This document shows positions 9,699 through 19,378 of a stretch of DNA of 64,000 nt, piece after piece. Origin of the DNA: Candidatus Scalinduaceae bacterium. Lineage in GTDB: Bacteria > Planctomycetota > Brocadiia > Brocadiales > Scalinduaceae. The translations under genes and the position numbers were made by a program. The DNA is taken from contig JBHICG010000003.1 in assembly GCA_046759445.1 (NCBI GenBank), forward strand, positions 32,001 to 96,000, read 5' to 3'. The notes under the pieces were generated by a model. It made no database searches. It had not been told where the DNA came from and worked only from the letters and a program-made list of their open reading frames with translations. Positions within the stretch are counted from its first letter, which is position 1, and every line of letters begins with the position of its first letter.

Positions 9699-10469
9699 AT
9701 GTTACTAAATATTATTAACCTTTTCCCATTATTTATTATAGTACTATTCAGGACGGCCGGTGTTCTTTTTTTTTCTCCAATTTTTAATCAAACAAGTTTA
9801 CCCCTTATCGTAAAAGTGGGTCTGGCGCTTGCAATTACTATTGCCATATTTCCTGCCGTAAATAGCTCTCAACAAACATTGCCTGATAGTATGTTGGCCT
9901 TTATTTTCATAATCTTCAAGGAGATTGCAATTGGTTTCATTATTGGGTATGCAGCAACCTTGGTATTTGAAGCCTTTGTTTTTGCGGGAGACCTTATAAG
10001 TGCTGAAATGGGATTACAAATGGCAGTAATGGCTGATCCGTTATCTGAAAATCAGATAACCGTAGTTTCACAACTGATTCAGGTGATAGGATTCCTTGTA
10101 TTTTTGGCAATAAACGGACATCACTGGATAATCAATGCACTGGTTCTAAGTTATAAGACTGTTCCTATAACTGAATTTTTTGGATCAGGTATAACAATAA
10201 GCAAAACAATGCAAATGTTTGAAGGATTGTTTATATCTGCAATTAAGATAGCTGCTCCTGTTATGATTATTATGTCTCTTATTGTGATTGTTACCGGATT
10301 GATTGGTAGATCTATACCGCAGATAAATATTCTCATGACAGTTTTTCCACTGAAGATTATTGTTGGTTCTTTAATCCTGGCCATAATCTTTCCATTTATA
10401 GTGCGCGCAATGGAATATTTATTGAATATATTTCGTAAGGATTTGTTTAGCCTGGTAGGAGGCATGTAA
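9699..10469 (+). CDS. fliR: Export gate protein FliR
   Basis: Multi-TM. KEIAIG, GHH and PQINIL..FPLK motifs. Synteny. Confidence 0.95.
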   Translation: MLLNIINLFPLFIIVLFRTAGVLFFSPIFNQTSLPLIVKVGLALAITIAIFPAVNSSQQTLPDSMLAFIFIIFKEIAIGFIIGYAATLVFEAFVFAGDLISAEMGLQMAVMADPLSENQITVVSQLIQVIGFLVFLAINGHHWIINALVLSYKTVPITEFFGSGITISKTMQMFEGLFISAIKIAAPVMIIMSLIVIVTGLIGRSIPQINILMTVFPLKIIVGSLILAIIFPFIVRAMEYLLNIFRKDLFSLVGGM

Positions 10470-11531
10470 ATGGCTGAATCATTTAGTGAAAAAACAGAAC
10501 CTGCCACTCCCAAAAAGAGGCAAGAAGCTCGGCGTAAAGGCAATGTTGCAAATAGTCAAGACTTTAACAGTGCCATGATGTTATTGTTTGGAGCTATATT
10601 TTTATATTATTTGGGAGGTAATATGTTGGGGTATATGAAAGATACGATGAGCTTGTTTTTAGGAAATCTTTTTTTTGAAAAATTAGACGTTAATATTTTA
10701 CAAGCTTTGATGATTGATATTTATAGCAGAAATTTAAAAGGCATTCTGCCTATACTGGGCGCTTTTATGGTAATAGGAATAGTAAGCTCATACACGCAGG
10801 TTGGTTTTCTTCTAAGCCCGAAGGCGCTTGTGCCGGATTTTAAGAAATTAAATCCTGTTACGGGTATAAAGAACCTTGTATCAAAGAGGTCGTTGGTAAG
10901 GCTTTCGATGTCTCTCGTGAAATTGTCAATAATGGTACTTGTGGCATATTTTTCCATAAGGAAGGATATAGAACCATTGATGGAATTAGTAAGCATGAGG
11001 CTGGACGGTATGTTTAGTGCTGCATCTAGTTTGATATTCTATCTTACTCTGAAAATTACAATCATCTTGTTTATTTTGGCGCTCATTGATTTTATGTACC
11101 AGAAATGGCAGTATTCTAAGGATTTAATGATGACCAAACATGAGGTTAAACAGGAATCAAAACAATCCGAAGGTGATCCTTTGGTAAAATCCAGAATTAA
11201 AAGTGTTCAGCGTGAGATGGCTAAAAAAAGAATGATGAAGGCAATACCAGAGGCAGATGTAGTTGTTTCCAACCCTACGCATTATGCAATAGCGCTTAAA
11301 TATGATGCATCCACAATGAATGCGCCAAAAGTTGTTGCAAAGGGGGTCGATCTTATAGCATTAAAGATAATGGAAATAGCAAGGGAGAATTATGTTCCTA
11401 TAGTTGAGGACAGGCTTCTTGCACGAATTTTATATGATACCGTTGAAATAGATGGTGAAGTTCCTCCCAAACTTTATCAGGCAGTGGCAAAGGTTCTTTC
11501 TTACGTTTATCAATTGCGTAATCTAGTCTAA
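10470..11531 (+). CDS. flhB: Export switch protein FlhB
   Basis: EKTEPATPKK, EGDP and the NPTH autocleavage motif. Confidence 0.97.
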   Translation: MAESFSEKTEPATPKKRQEARRKGNVANSQDFNSAMMLLFGAIFLYYLGGNMLGYMKDTMSLFLGNLFFEKLDVNILQALMIDIYSRNLKGILPILGAFMVIGIVSSYTQVGFLLSPKALVPDFKKLNPVTGIKNLVSKRSLVRLSMSLVKLSIMVLVAYFSIRKDIEPLMELVSMRLDGMFSAASSLIFYLTLKITIILFILALIDFMYQKWQYSKDLMMTKHEVKQESKQSEGDPLVKSRIKSVQREMAKKRMMKAIPEADVVVSNPTHYAIALKYDASTMNAPKVVAKGVDLIALKIMEIARENYVPIVEDRLLARILYDTVEIDGEVPPKLYQAVAKVLSYVYQLRNLV

Positions 11532-11559
11532 AAAAACAATCAATATGGTGATGCACTAA

Positions 11560-13656
11560 ATGGCTGAAAATGAAATAATTAAATACAGACCTGCAGTACA
11601 GTTGTTGTTTAAAAACAGTGAATATGGTCTTGCTATTGGAGTGGTGTGTATTTTAGTTGTTCTCATAATCCCGCTCCCTACATTTTTACTTGATATTTTA
11701 ATAACCGTCAACATCTCACTGTCATTTTTGGTGCTTCTCGTTACCTTAAACGTAAAACAGGCGTTAGAGATTTCTACATTTCCGTCTCTTCTACTTTTTG
11801 TCACGCTTTTTCGACTTGCCTTAAATGTTGCATCAACTCGCCTTATCCTTATGAATGCCGATGCTGGTAATGTGATAGCATCTTTTGGTAATTTTGTAGT
11901 AGGTGGTAATATAGTGATTGGATTAGTGATTTTCTTAATCCTGACAATCATTCAATTTATAGTGATCACAAAAGGCGCCACAAGAATATCAGAAGTAGCT
12001 GCCAGATTCACTTTAGATGCAATGCCTGGTAAGCAGATGAGTATTGACGCTGATTTAAACTCAGGTGCAATTACGGAAGAGGAGGCAAGAAGCAGGCGAA
12101 ACGTTATTTCACAGGAAGCAGAATTCTATGGTTCAATGGATGGTGCAAGTAAATTTGTAAGTGGTGATGCTATCGCTGGGATTGTCATTACCATAATTAA
12201 CATTGCCGGTGGCATAGCCGTTGGTAGCTTGATGCAGGGGATGCATATTTCTGAAGCGTTATCTACTTATACAATTTTAACTGTTGGTGATGGATTGGTA
12301 TCTCAAATTCCTTCTTTAATTAATGCAACAACCGCGGCAATACTCATTACAAAGGCATCAACTAAATCCAGTCTGGGCAATGAGTTATCATCCCAAATAC
12401 TTACAGTGCCAAGGGCAATTGGGTTTGCTGCAGGGATCTTGGGCTTTTTTAGTATTATTCCGGGCATGCCAAAAGTTCCTTTTATGATCATGGCAATTTT
12501 ATTTGGATTAATGTATTACTTTACAAGAAAGAGTTCAACCAGTGGTGTCATGGGGAAGGAAGGCAAAGAACAAAAATTAAGAAAATCAAAGGAACTTAAG
12601 GAACCGGATGGTGGGATAGAAACCCTGTTACAGGTGGATAGAATGGGAATTGAAGTAGGTTATAAATTGGTCTCCTTGGTTGATCCCAAGAAGACAGGGG
12701 GGGTCTTAAGTAGAATCAGCACCCTTAGAAGACAACTTGCCAAAGATATGGGAGTAATAATTCCTCCCATACGTTTGAGAGATAATCTCCAACTTGGCCC
12801 AAATGAGTATCACATAAAGATAAAAGGGCAAACAATTGCTAAAGGAGAAATAATGCCAGATAGTTATTTAGCTCTTGGTGGAAATGAACAAGAACCAATA
12901 GAAGGTATTAAGACTGTGGATCCAGCTTATGGCTTGCCAGGTGTATGGATTGCCGAGTCTAAGAAGGAATCTGCTGAATCTGCAGGTTATACAGTAATAG
13001 ACCCTACATCCGTCTTAATCACACATTTGACAGAGATTATAAAATCTCATGCTCATGAAATAATAACCAGAGAGGATATTCAGAAATTGATTGAAAATTT
13101 AAAAAAAGATTCACCGACCTTAGTAAATGAATTGACGCCAAATGTTCTTACATTGGGTGTTGTGCAAGAGGTAATCAGGAATTTACTAAGAGAGAGAATT
13201 GCAATAAGAGATTTTTCAACTATCATTGAAACTCTTATTGACCACGCGCCTAGTACAAAGGATACAGAGGTATTGTCCGAATATGTGCGGCAGAAGTTGT
13301 GCAGAACGTTATGCGGTCAATATCAAGACGAATCAAACAAGATTAGTGTGATTTCGTTTGACCCAAAATTGGAACAAGAAATTGCAAATTCTATTCATGC
13401 AACCGAAAACAAATCTATACTTGCTTTAGAACCAAACTATGCCCAAAAAATAATAGATGCAATTGCCGCAACTATGAAGAAGACTTACTCGTCCAGTAGT
13501 AATCTGGTGCTTTTGACGTCTTCAACACTAAGAAATCACATCAGAAAATTAATCGAAAATGCAGTGCCATATTTACCGGTTTTGTCATATAAGGAGATCG
13601 CTCCGGGGGTTCAAATTGAATCACTTGGGGTTGTGAGTCTAACAAATGAGAATTAA
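11560..13656 (+). CDS. flhA: Export apparatus protein FlhA
   Basis: RISEVAARFTLDAMPGKQMSIDADL, FYGSMDGASKF. Confidence 0.98.
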   Translation: MAENEIIKYRPAVQLLFKNSEYGLAIGVVCILVVLIIPLPTFLLDILITVNISLSFLVLLVTLNVKQALEISTFPSLLLFVTLFRLALNVASTRLILMNADAGNVIASFGNFVVGGNIVIGLVIFLILTIIQFIVITKGATRISEVAARFTLDAMPGKQMSIDADLNSGAITEEEARSRRNVISQEAEFYGSMDGASKFVSGDAIAGIVITIINIAGGIAVGSLMQGMHISEALSTYTILTVGDGLVSQIPSLINATTAAILITKASTKSSLGNELSSQILTVPRAIGFAAGILGFFSIIPGMPKVPFMIMAILFGLMYYFTRKSSTSGVMGKEGKEQKLRKSKELKEPDGGIETLLQVDRMGIEVGYKLVSLVDPKKTGGVLSRISTLRRQLAKDMGVIIPPIRLRDNLQLGPNEYHIKIKGQTIAKGEIMPDSYLALGGNEQEPIEGIKTVDPAYGLPGVWIAESKKESAESAGYTVIDPTSVLITHLTEIIKSHAHEIITREDIQKLIENLKKDSPTLVNELTPNVLTLGVVQEVIRNLLRERIAIRDFSTIIETLIDHAPSTKDTEVLSEYVRQKLCRTLCGQYQDESNKISVISFDPKLEQEIANSIHATENKSILALEPNYAQKIIDAIAATMKKTYSSSSNLVLLTSSTLRNHIRKLIENAVPYLPVLSYKEIAPGVQIESLGVVSLTNEN

Positions 13657-14770
13657 ATCTTTTATTGCTCCAACAATACAGCAGGCGTTATTAGACATAA
13701 AAAGGGAGATGGGAGATTCTTCCTTAATTCTTGAAACCAGGAAGATAGAAGAAGGAGATGTGAGAGGGATATCGGGTCGTAAACTGATTGAAATTATTGC
13801 AGCAGAAAAATTTATCAGGCAAGATCCCGATAGAAAGCTTAATTGTAATAATCGTATAAGTGCCTTTAAGAATATAGATCATGAAGGGGCAATGCCTTTA
13901 TCAGATCGACATAATTACGGCTTAGAGAATGATTTACCAGTAGCAAGCAGAGAATTATTTCGTGAGCTTAGAGCCCAACAGGTAGAAAAAGAACATGCTC
14001 AGGTTTTGATAGGAGAGACACTACGTGAGTTTGACAAAGTCCCCACTGCTAGCCCCGCTGCTTCCTTGCGGAAGCAAGGATGCGGGGCTGTGGGGAAAGA
14101 TGGTGTTGAAAGAAAGGATTTGCAACGACATGTAATTAAAGAAAGGATTGCTAGTAAAATAAAAATCCCTGATTCTAACTCTGCAGGTATGAAAACTCAT
14201 AGAATAATGGCATTTATGGGGACCACTGGAGTTGGAAAAACAACAACACTCTCGAAATTAGCATCTGATGCAAGAAAGCATACAGATAAGGGTATAATAT
14301 TAATAAGTGTTAAAGATGATTCTGTAGGAAAGTTAAACAAAACAGCAGACCTAATAGGAGCAACGGTATGGGATGTAACTACACATCAAGAGCTTAGAAC
14401 AATTATAGAGGAATTTGGGAGTACTTCCCTTATTTTTATAGATACGCCGGGAATAAATCATCTTGACAACGTCGAGTTGTTAAAATTGAAGGCATACATT
14501 CATAACATACCAAATCTGGAGACACATCTTGTCGTCAATGCTACATCGAGATATACTGATGTTATTAATATCGTTAAGAATTTTAATACTATTCCCGTCC
14601 ATAGATTACTTTTTACCAAGGTTGATGAAACCAACATTTATGGGACATTGTTTAGTGTTGCAATGAAGACTCAGATACCTCTCTCTTATATTACTGATGG
14701 ACGAAAGATTCCTGAGGACATCAAACCTGTAACAAAACACATGATTGCAAAAATGGTTTTGGGACAATAA
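13646..14770 (+). CDS. flhF: SRP-type GTPase FlhF, degenerate, carrying an in-frame palindromic insertion
   Basis: MRIKSF N-terminus, GTTGVGKTTT, DTPG, TKVDE, G..IPEDI. Follows flhA. Confidence 0.9.
   Translation: MRIKSFIAPTIQQALLDIKREMGDSSLILETRKIEEGDVRGISGRKLIEIIAAEKFIRQDPDRKLNCNNRISAFKNIDHEGAMPLSDRHNYGLENDLPVASRELFRELRAQQVEKEHAQVLIGETLREFDKVPTASPAASLRKQGCGAVGKDGVERKDLQRHVIKERIASKIKIPDSNSAGMKTHRIMAFMGTTGVGKTTTLSKLASDARKHTDKGIILISVKDDSVGKLNKTADLIGATVWDVTTHQELRTIIEEFGSTSLIFIDTPGINHLDNVELLKLKAYIHNIPNLETHLVVNATSRYTDVINIVKNFNTIPVHRLLFTKVDETNIYGTLFSVAMKTQIPLSYITDGRKIPEDIKPVTKHMIAKMVLGQ
14040..14099. repeat. 60-bp palindromic element inserted in frame in flhF
   Basis: CCCCACTGCT-AGCCCCGCTGCTTCCTTGCGGAAGCAAGGATGCGGGGCT-GTGGGG with an AAAG direct repeat. 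Resembles intergenic copies. Confidence 0.85.
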
Positions 14771-14843
14771 TAGATTGGCAACCGAAAGGAGCTAATTTAT
14801 ATTAAATAATAAGATAGAAGTTAAAAGTAGTGTGCCATAGATG

Positions 14844-14859
14844 CGGCAAATATATTGCA
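14844..14859 (+). promoter_or_regulatory. Possible sigma54 promoter for fliA
   Basis: CGGCAAATATATTGCA, GG-N10-GC. Confidence 0.45.
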
Positions 14860-14942
14860 ATGTATATTTTTTCCTTTGAGAGTATTTTATTTTTATGTCA
14901 AAACGTGTTAACTGTTGCCCTTATGCTATAAGGAAATCATAA

Positions 14943-15719
14943 ATGCAAACGTCCGTAACCAAAGAAAAATTGTCAAAATGTGAAAAAAAGATTTTAAATA
15001 AATCAAAGAGAGATAAGTTCATAATGGACTATCTTCCTCTTGTAAAATATATAGTGGGAAAGATTATGGTACGTCTTCCCTCGCATGTTGATTATGAAGA
15101 CCTGATTGAGTCAGGTATCTTGGGGTTAATAGAGGCAGCTGAAAAATTCAATGAAAAAAAAGGTGTTAAATTTAAAACATATGCTTTTCACAGGATCAGA
15201 GGTTCAATTCTTGATTATCTTCGATTAGAAGATTGGGTGCCGCGTTCGGTTAGAGAAAAAGATAATAAGATTAAAGAGGCGTATAATTTACTGGAACAAA
15301 AACTTAAAAGGACTCCCAAAGCTGAAGAGGTGGCAAATGAGTTGGGTATTAGTTGTGATGAGCTTGACAAGATGTTAGCGGAAATAAATATGTGTTCATT
15401 GTTATATCTTGAGGATATTAATTTTGAAGAGAGTAATGGTTCACAAACAAAGACAAAAGAAATCCTTAAAGACAATCAAACTTGTGAACCATTAGAAACG
15501 TTAGAGTTGCAGGAAGAGCAGGGAATTCTTAAACATGCTATTACTGAGCTCAGACCTAAAGAAAGGTTAGCTATTACTCTATATTATTACGAGGATATGC
15601 TTTTAAGAGAAATAGCTGAAGTTATGAATATATCTGAATCAAGGGTTTCACAGTTGCATCATAGAGCTTTGATGTCGATTAGAGCGAGGGTAAATAAGTT
15701 TAAGACTGCTCAAAAATAA
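14943..15719 (+). CDS. fliA: Flagellar sigma factor sigma28 (FliA/WhiG)
   Basis: DLIESGILGLIEA, RIRGSILDYLR..DWVPRSVR, SESRVSQLH. Confidence 0.96.
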   Translation: MQTSVTKEKLSKCEKKILNKSKRDKFIMDYLPLVKYIVGKIMVRLPSHVDYEDLIESGILGLIEAAEKFNEKKGVKFKTYAFHRIRGSILDYLRLEDWVPRSVREKDNKIKEAYNLLEQKLKRTPKAEEVANELGISCDELDKMLAEINMCSLLYLEDINFEESNGSQTKTKEILKDNQTCEPLETLELQEEQGILKHAITELRPKERLAITLYYYEDMLLREIAEVMNISESRVSQLHHRALMSIRARVNKFKTAQK

Positions 15720-15748
15720 TAATTTAGGCGTGTCCTTATTCTTGAATC

Positions 15749-16030
15749 ATGAGCGACGGTATTCAACCTATACGTTATAATGCCCCACAGATAAAACGGA
15801 TTGACCGGAAGGGGAGTAGTCGTGGTAAAAATGAAAATAAGAAAGAGGAACAGGAATTTTTAGATTACCTATCTGCTAAGGATAAGGGTGGAAAAGGTAA
15901 AAGTCAAGATAAAGAGAAAAACGATCAGAAAAGTAAGGTTGACGACATAAAAGAAGATGAAAATACATTGCAAAAGGAAGATTATAAATTAGATGATACC
16001 TGTGGAACAATAATAGATGAAGAGGCATAA
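15749..16030 (+). CDS. Small charged hypothetical protein
   Basis: 93-aa ORF between fliA and an HD-GYP gene; its stop abuts the next ATG. Confidence 0.7.
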   Translation: MSDGIQPIRYNAPQIKRIDRKGSSRGKNENKKEEQEFLDYLSAKDKGGKGKSQDKEKNDQKSKVDDIKEDENTLQKEDYKLDDTCGTIIDEEA

Positions 16031-17020
16031 ATGAACGATTATGTTGCCATTACTCATGAATCTTTAATAGAGAATACAAAAATAGGATGTGATTTGTATT
16101 TGCAAACTAATGTCAATGGGAGTCACAGATACGTCTTGTTCTGTCGTGGAGATGAGATATTTTGTAATGAGAGAAGAGAGGTATTAATAGAAAAACACAT
16201 AAAAAGGCTTTTTATTTCTACAAAAGATTCTAAAAGCTTTTTCAGGTATCAGGAAGACAACCTAAAAGACATCCTTGCAGACAAAGATAAGAGTTCGCAG
16301 GAAAAATCCCAAGTGGTTTATCAAGTTGCAAAATACCTGGTCATGGACCTTATGAATGACCTTAGGTCCGGAGCCAAATTAAAAAGGGTTGCAAAATGGG
16401 TGGATAACACAATTGACTTTATTCTCCATGACGAAAATGCATTCGTTTGTCTGTTACAGGTATCTTCCCATGACTACTACACATATACGCATTCAGTAAA
16501 TCTAGCAGTCCTAGGATTACTTTTTGGCAAACATCTTTCTTTTGATAAACATGGTCTGAATTCCTTTGGCACAGGTATGTTACTGCATGATGTGGGCAAG
16601 GCGGAAATTCCATTAGAAATCATTAATAAACCTGGCAAGTTAACAAAAGATGAGAGAGAGATACTGGAGAAGCATCCAGAAAATGGATTAAAGCTTTTGC
16701 AAGGTAAAGAATTAGAAGAGAAAGCCTTAATAGCAGTTATTCAACATCATGAGAACTTTGATTGTACTGGCTATCCTAATAAGATTGGAGGCAAGGATAT
16801 TCATTTGTTTGGAAGAATTTCTCGGATAATTGATGTGTATGATGCAATGACCACAAACAGACCTTATGCAGATGCACTGAGACCATTTGATGCTCTTTTG
16901 GAGATGAAGGTAAAAATGCTCAAATGCTTTGAAAAGGAATTGTTTAATGAGTTTATTTATTTTTTAGGATCTAAGGATGCGGATGGAAAGCAAAGGAAGT
17001 ATGAAATACCACATACCTGA
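16031..17020 (+). CDS. HD-GYP c-di-GMP phosphodiesterase
   Basis: HSVN, LLHDVGK, HHENFDCTGYP, DVYDAMT..RPY. Confidence 0.9.
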   Translation: MNDYVAITHESLIENTKIGCDLYLQTNVNGSHRYVLFCRGDEIFCNERREVLIEKHIKRLFISTKDSKSFFRYQEDNLKDILADKDKSSQEKSQVVYQVAKYLVMDLMNDLRSGAKLKRVAKWVDNTIDFILHDENAFVCLLQVSSHDYYTYTHSVNLAVLGLLFGKHLSFDKHGLNSFGTGMLLHDVGKAEIPLEIINKPGKLTKDEREILEKHPENGLKLLQGKELEEKALIAVIQHHENFDCTGYPNKIGGKDIHLFGRISRIIDVYDAMTTNRPYADALRPFDALLEMKVKMLKCFEKELFNEFIYFLGSKDADGKQRKYEIPHT

Positions 17021-17035
17021 AACTTTTGCTTTGGT

Positions 17036-17081
17036 GGAATTTAGGCTTTAGCCTTTTATAAAATCCTAAAGGATTAATTCC
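17036..17081. repeat. REP-like inverted repeat (also at 36783-36845 and 61777-61836)
   Basis: GGA(G/A)TT(A/T)AGGCTTTAGCCTTTT...TAA(A/T)TCC in three intergenic sites. Confidence 0.65.
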
Positions 17082-17161
17082 TGAATATACTTATTTTTTT
17101 TGCCAAAATTGGTCAAAATATTTCTATTAAGTAACTAATTTGTTTAAATTGAGGAAAAATA

Positions 17162-18151
17162 ATGATTAACTACTTCCCTATTAGCCTAAACAGTTTAAAA
17201 ACTGAAACAATAATTGGCTGTGATATTTACATACTTATGAATGTTAAGGGTAGTACTCGTTATGTATTATATTGTAAAGGAGATGCAGTCTTTGGGGGTG
17301 GGAAAAAGGAACAACTGATTAAAAAAAATGTCAACAGGCTTTTTATTAGAAAAAATGATGAACAGAAATATTATGAGTATTTAGAAACTAATTTTCAAGA
17401 TATCATATCTGATAAAAAAATCCCTTCTGATGAAAAGGCGCAAATCGTACACGGTACGGCTACAAACCTGGTTAAGGATGTCTTCAATGACCCAAGAACC
17501 GGAAATATCGACAGGTCTAAAACATTTGCTTACAATATGGTTGATTACATACTTAAAGATGAGAAGGCCGTGCATAGCTTACTTAAAATAGCGACACATG
17601 AATATTATACATATACTCATTCAGTGAATGTTGCTGCAGTAGGTACCTCATTTGTGAAAAACCTTGGTTTAGGTGAGGAAGATATGAAGTCGTTTTGTAC
17701 GGGGATACTCCTTCACGATCTTGGTAAAACTAAGATCAGTCCTGATATTCTTAATAAAAAAGGTAAATTGACAGAAGAGGAATTTGAACAGATAAAGAAA
17801 CATCCTGAATTAGGTGTAGAGGTTTTGAAGGAAACGGGAAATGAATTGAAAGACGTATATACGATAGTGTTGCAACATCACGAGAACCTTGATGGTAGCG
17901 GATATCCATACGGGCTTAAAAGAAATGAAATTCATCCTTGTGGTAAGATTGCTCGTATAATAGACATATATGATGCCTTAACCACAAACAGGTCATATTC
18001 TGGTGCGATGAGACCATTTGCCGCTCTTACAGAGATGAAGGAAAAGATGCTTAATTGCTTTGAGAAGGAACTATTTAAAGAATTTATATGCTTTTTAGGT
18101 CCCTATGATCCGCGTAGAAAGAAAAGGAAGAAAGACATATTATATACTTGA
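17162..18151 (+). CDS. HD-GYP c-di-GMP phosphodiesterase
   Basis: HSVNV, LLHDLGK, HHENLDGSGYP. Confidence 0.92.
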   Translation: MINYFPISLNSLKTETIIGCDIYILMNVKGSTRYVLYCKGDAVFGGGKKEQLIKKNVNRLFIRKNDEQKYYEYLETNFQDIISDKKIPSDEKAQIVHGTATNLVKDVFNDPRTGNIDRSKTFAYNMVDYILKDEKAVHSLLKIATHEYYTYTHSVNVAAVGTSFVKNLGLGEEDMKSFCTGILLHDLGKTKISPDILNKKGKLTEEEFEQIKKHPELGVEVLKETGNELKDVYTIVLQHHENLDGSGYPYGLKRNEIHPCGKIARIIDIYDALTTNRSYSGAMRPFAALTEMKEKMLNCFEKELFKEFICFLGPYDPRRKKRKKDILYT

Positions 18152-18215
18152 AGTCTTAGTATTCATTTGGCGCCTTAATACTTAATATTGAAGCCGTAAT
18201 CGAAGGATAGAAGTA

Positions 18216-19166
18216 ATGATTGATTATTTACCTATAAAACTGAACAGTTTAAGAACAGATACAATAATTGGTTGTGATATTTACTTGCTCATGAATGTTA
18301 ATGGCGCTAGTCGTTATGTATTATATTGCAAAGGTGATACAGTCTTTGAGGACGGGAAAAAAGAACTGCTGGTAAAAAAAAATGTCAATAGACTTTTTGT
18401 TAACAAGGACGATGAACAGAAATACTACAAGTATTTGGAATCTAATTTTCAGGATATCATGTCTGATAAAAGAATTCCTTCTGATGAAAGGGCGCAAATC
18501 GTCCATAGTGCAGCCACAAACCTGATTAAGGATGTCTTCAATGACCCAAGAACCGGAAATATCGAAAGGTCAAAAACGTTTGCTTACAATATGGTTGATT
18601 ATATTCTTAAAGATGGTAGAGCGGCATTCAGCTTACTTAAAATAGCATCGCATGAGTATTATACATATGAGCATTCAGTAAATGTTGCTGCCATAGGGAC
18701 TTTGTTTGCAAAGAATCTCGGTTTAGGCGAAGATGATTTAAAACGCTTTTGTACAGGGACGCTCCTGCATGATCTTGGTAAAACAAAGATTAACCCTGAT
18801 ATTCTTAATAAGAAAGACAAATTAACGGAAGGAGAATTTAAAGAGATTAAGGAACATCCCGAGTTAGGTGTAGCAATATTAAAGGAGACGGGAAATGGTT
18901 TTAGGGATGAGTATACAATAATTTTGCAGCATCACGAGAACCTTGATGGTAGCGGATATCCTTATGGGCTTAAAAAAGGGGAAATACATTCTAGTGGCAA
19001 GATTGCTCGTATTATAGACGTATATGATGCATTAACTACAAAAAGGCCATATTGTGATGCGCAAACGCCATACAACGCCTTAATAACAATCAAGGATGAA
19101 ATGTTCAGTATGGTTGATCCTATTATGTTTAAGAGGTTTGTAAGATTTCTTGGCGGCTATAATTGA
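18216..19166 (+). CDS. HD-GYP c-di-GMP phosphodiesterase, close paralog of 17162..18151
   Basis: HSVNV, LLHDLGK, HHENLDGSGYP, RPY. Confidence 0.92.
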   Translation: MIDYLPIKLNSLRTDTIIGCDIYLLMNVNGASRYVLYCKGDTVFEDGKKELLVKKNVNRLFVNKDDEQKYYKYLESNFQDIMSDKRIPSDERAQIVHSAATNLIKDVFNDPRTGNIERSKTFAYNMVDYILKDGRAAFSLLKIASHEYYTYEHSVNVAAIGTLFAKNLGLGEDDLKRFCTGTLLHDLGKTKINPDILNKKDKLTEGEFKEIKEHPELGVAILKETGNGFRDEYTIILQHHENLDGSGYPYGLKKGEIHSSGKIARIIDVYDALTTKRPYCDAQTPYNALITIKDEMFSMVDPIMFKRFVRFLGGYN

Positions 19167-19378
19167 TGACAATATGTAATTTTCAGAACATGGTGAAATG
19201 TTGAGTAGTATCTCTTGCGGAGGCACTACATTGTCTCCCTGAATCCTGTGCTGAACATGTTTCAGTATCGTTTTCAGGGTCTCTTAATATCTTGATATAT
19301 ATAAATTCTGAAACAAACTTTTGAAAAAAAAGAAATAAAACTGAAATCTGCAATTTAATGTAGATCAAAGGATATTAG

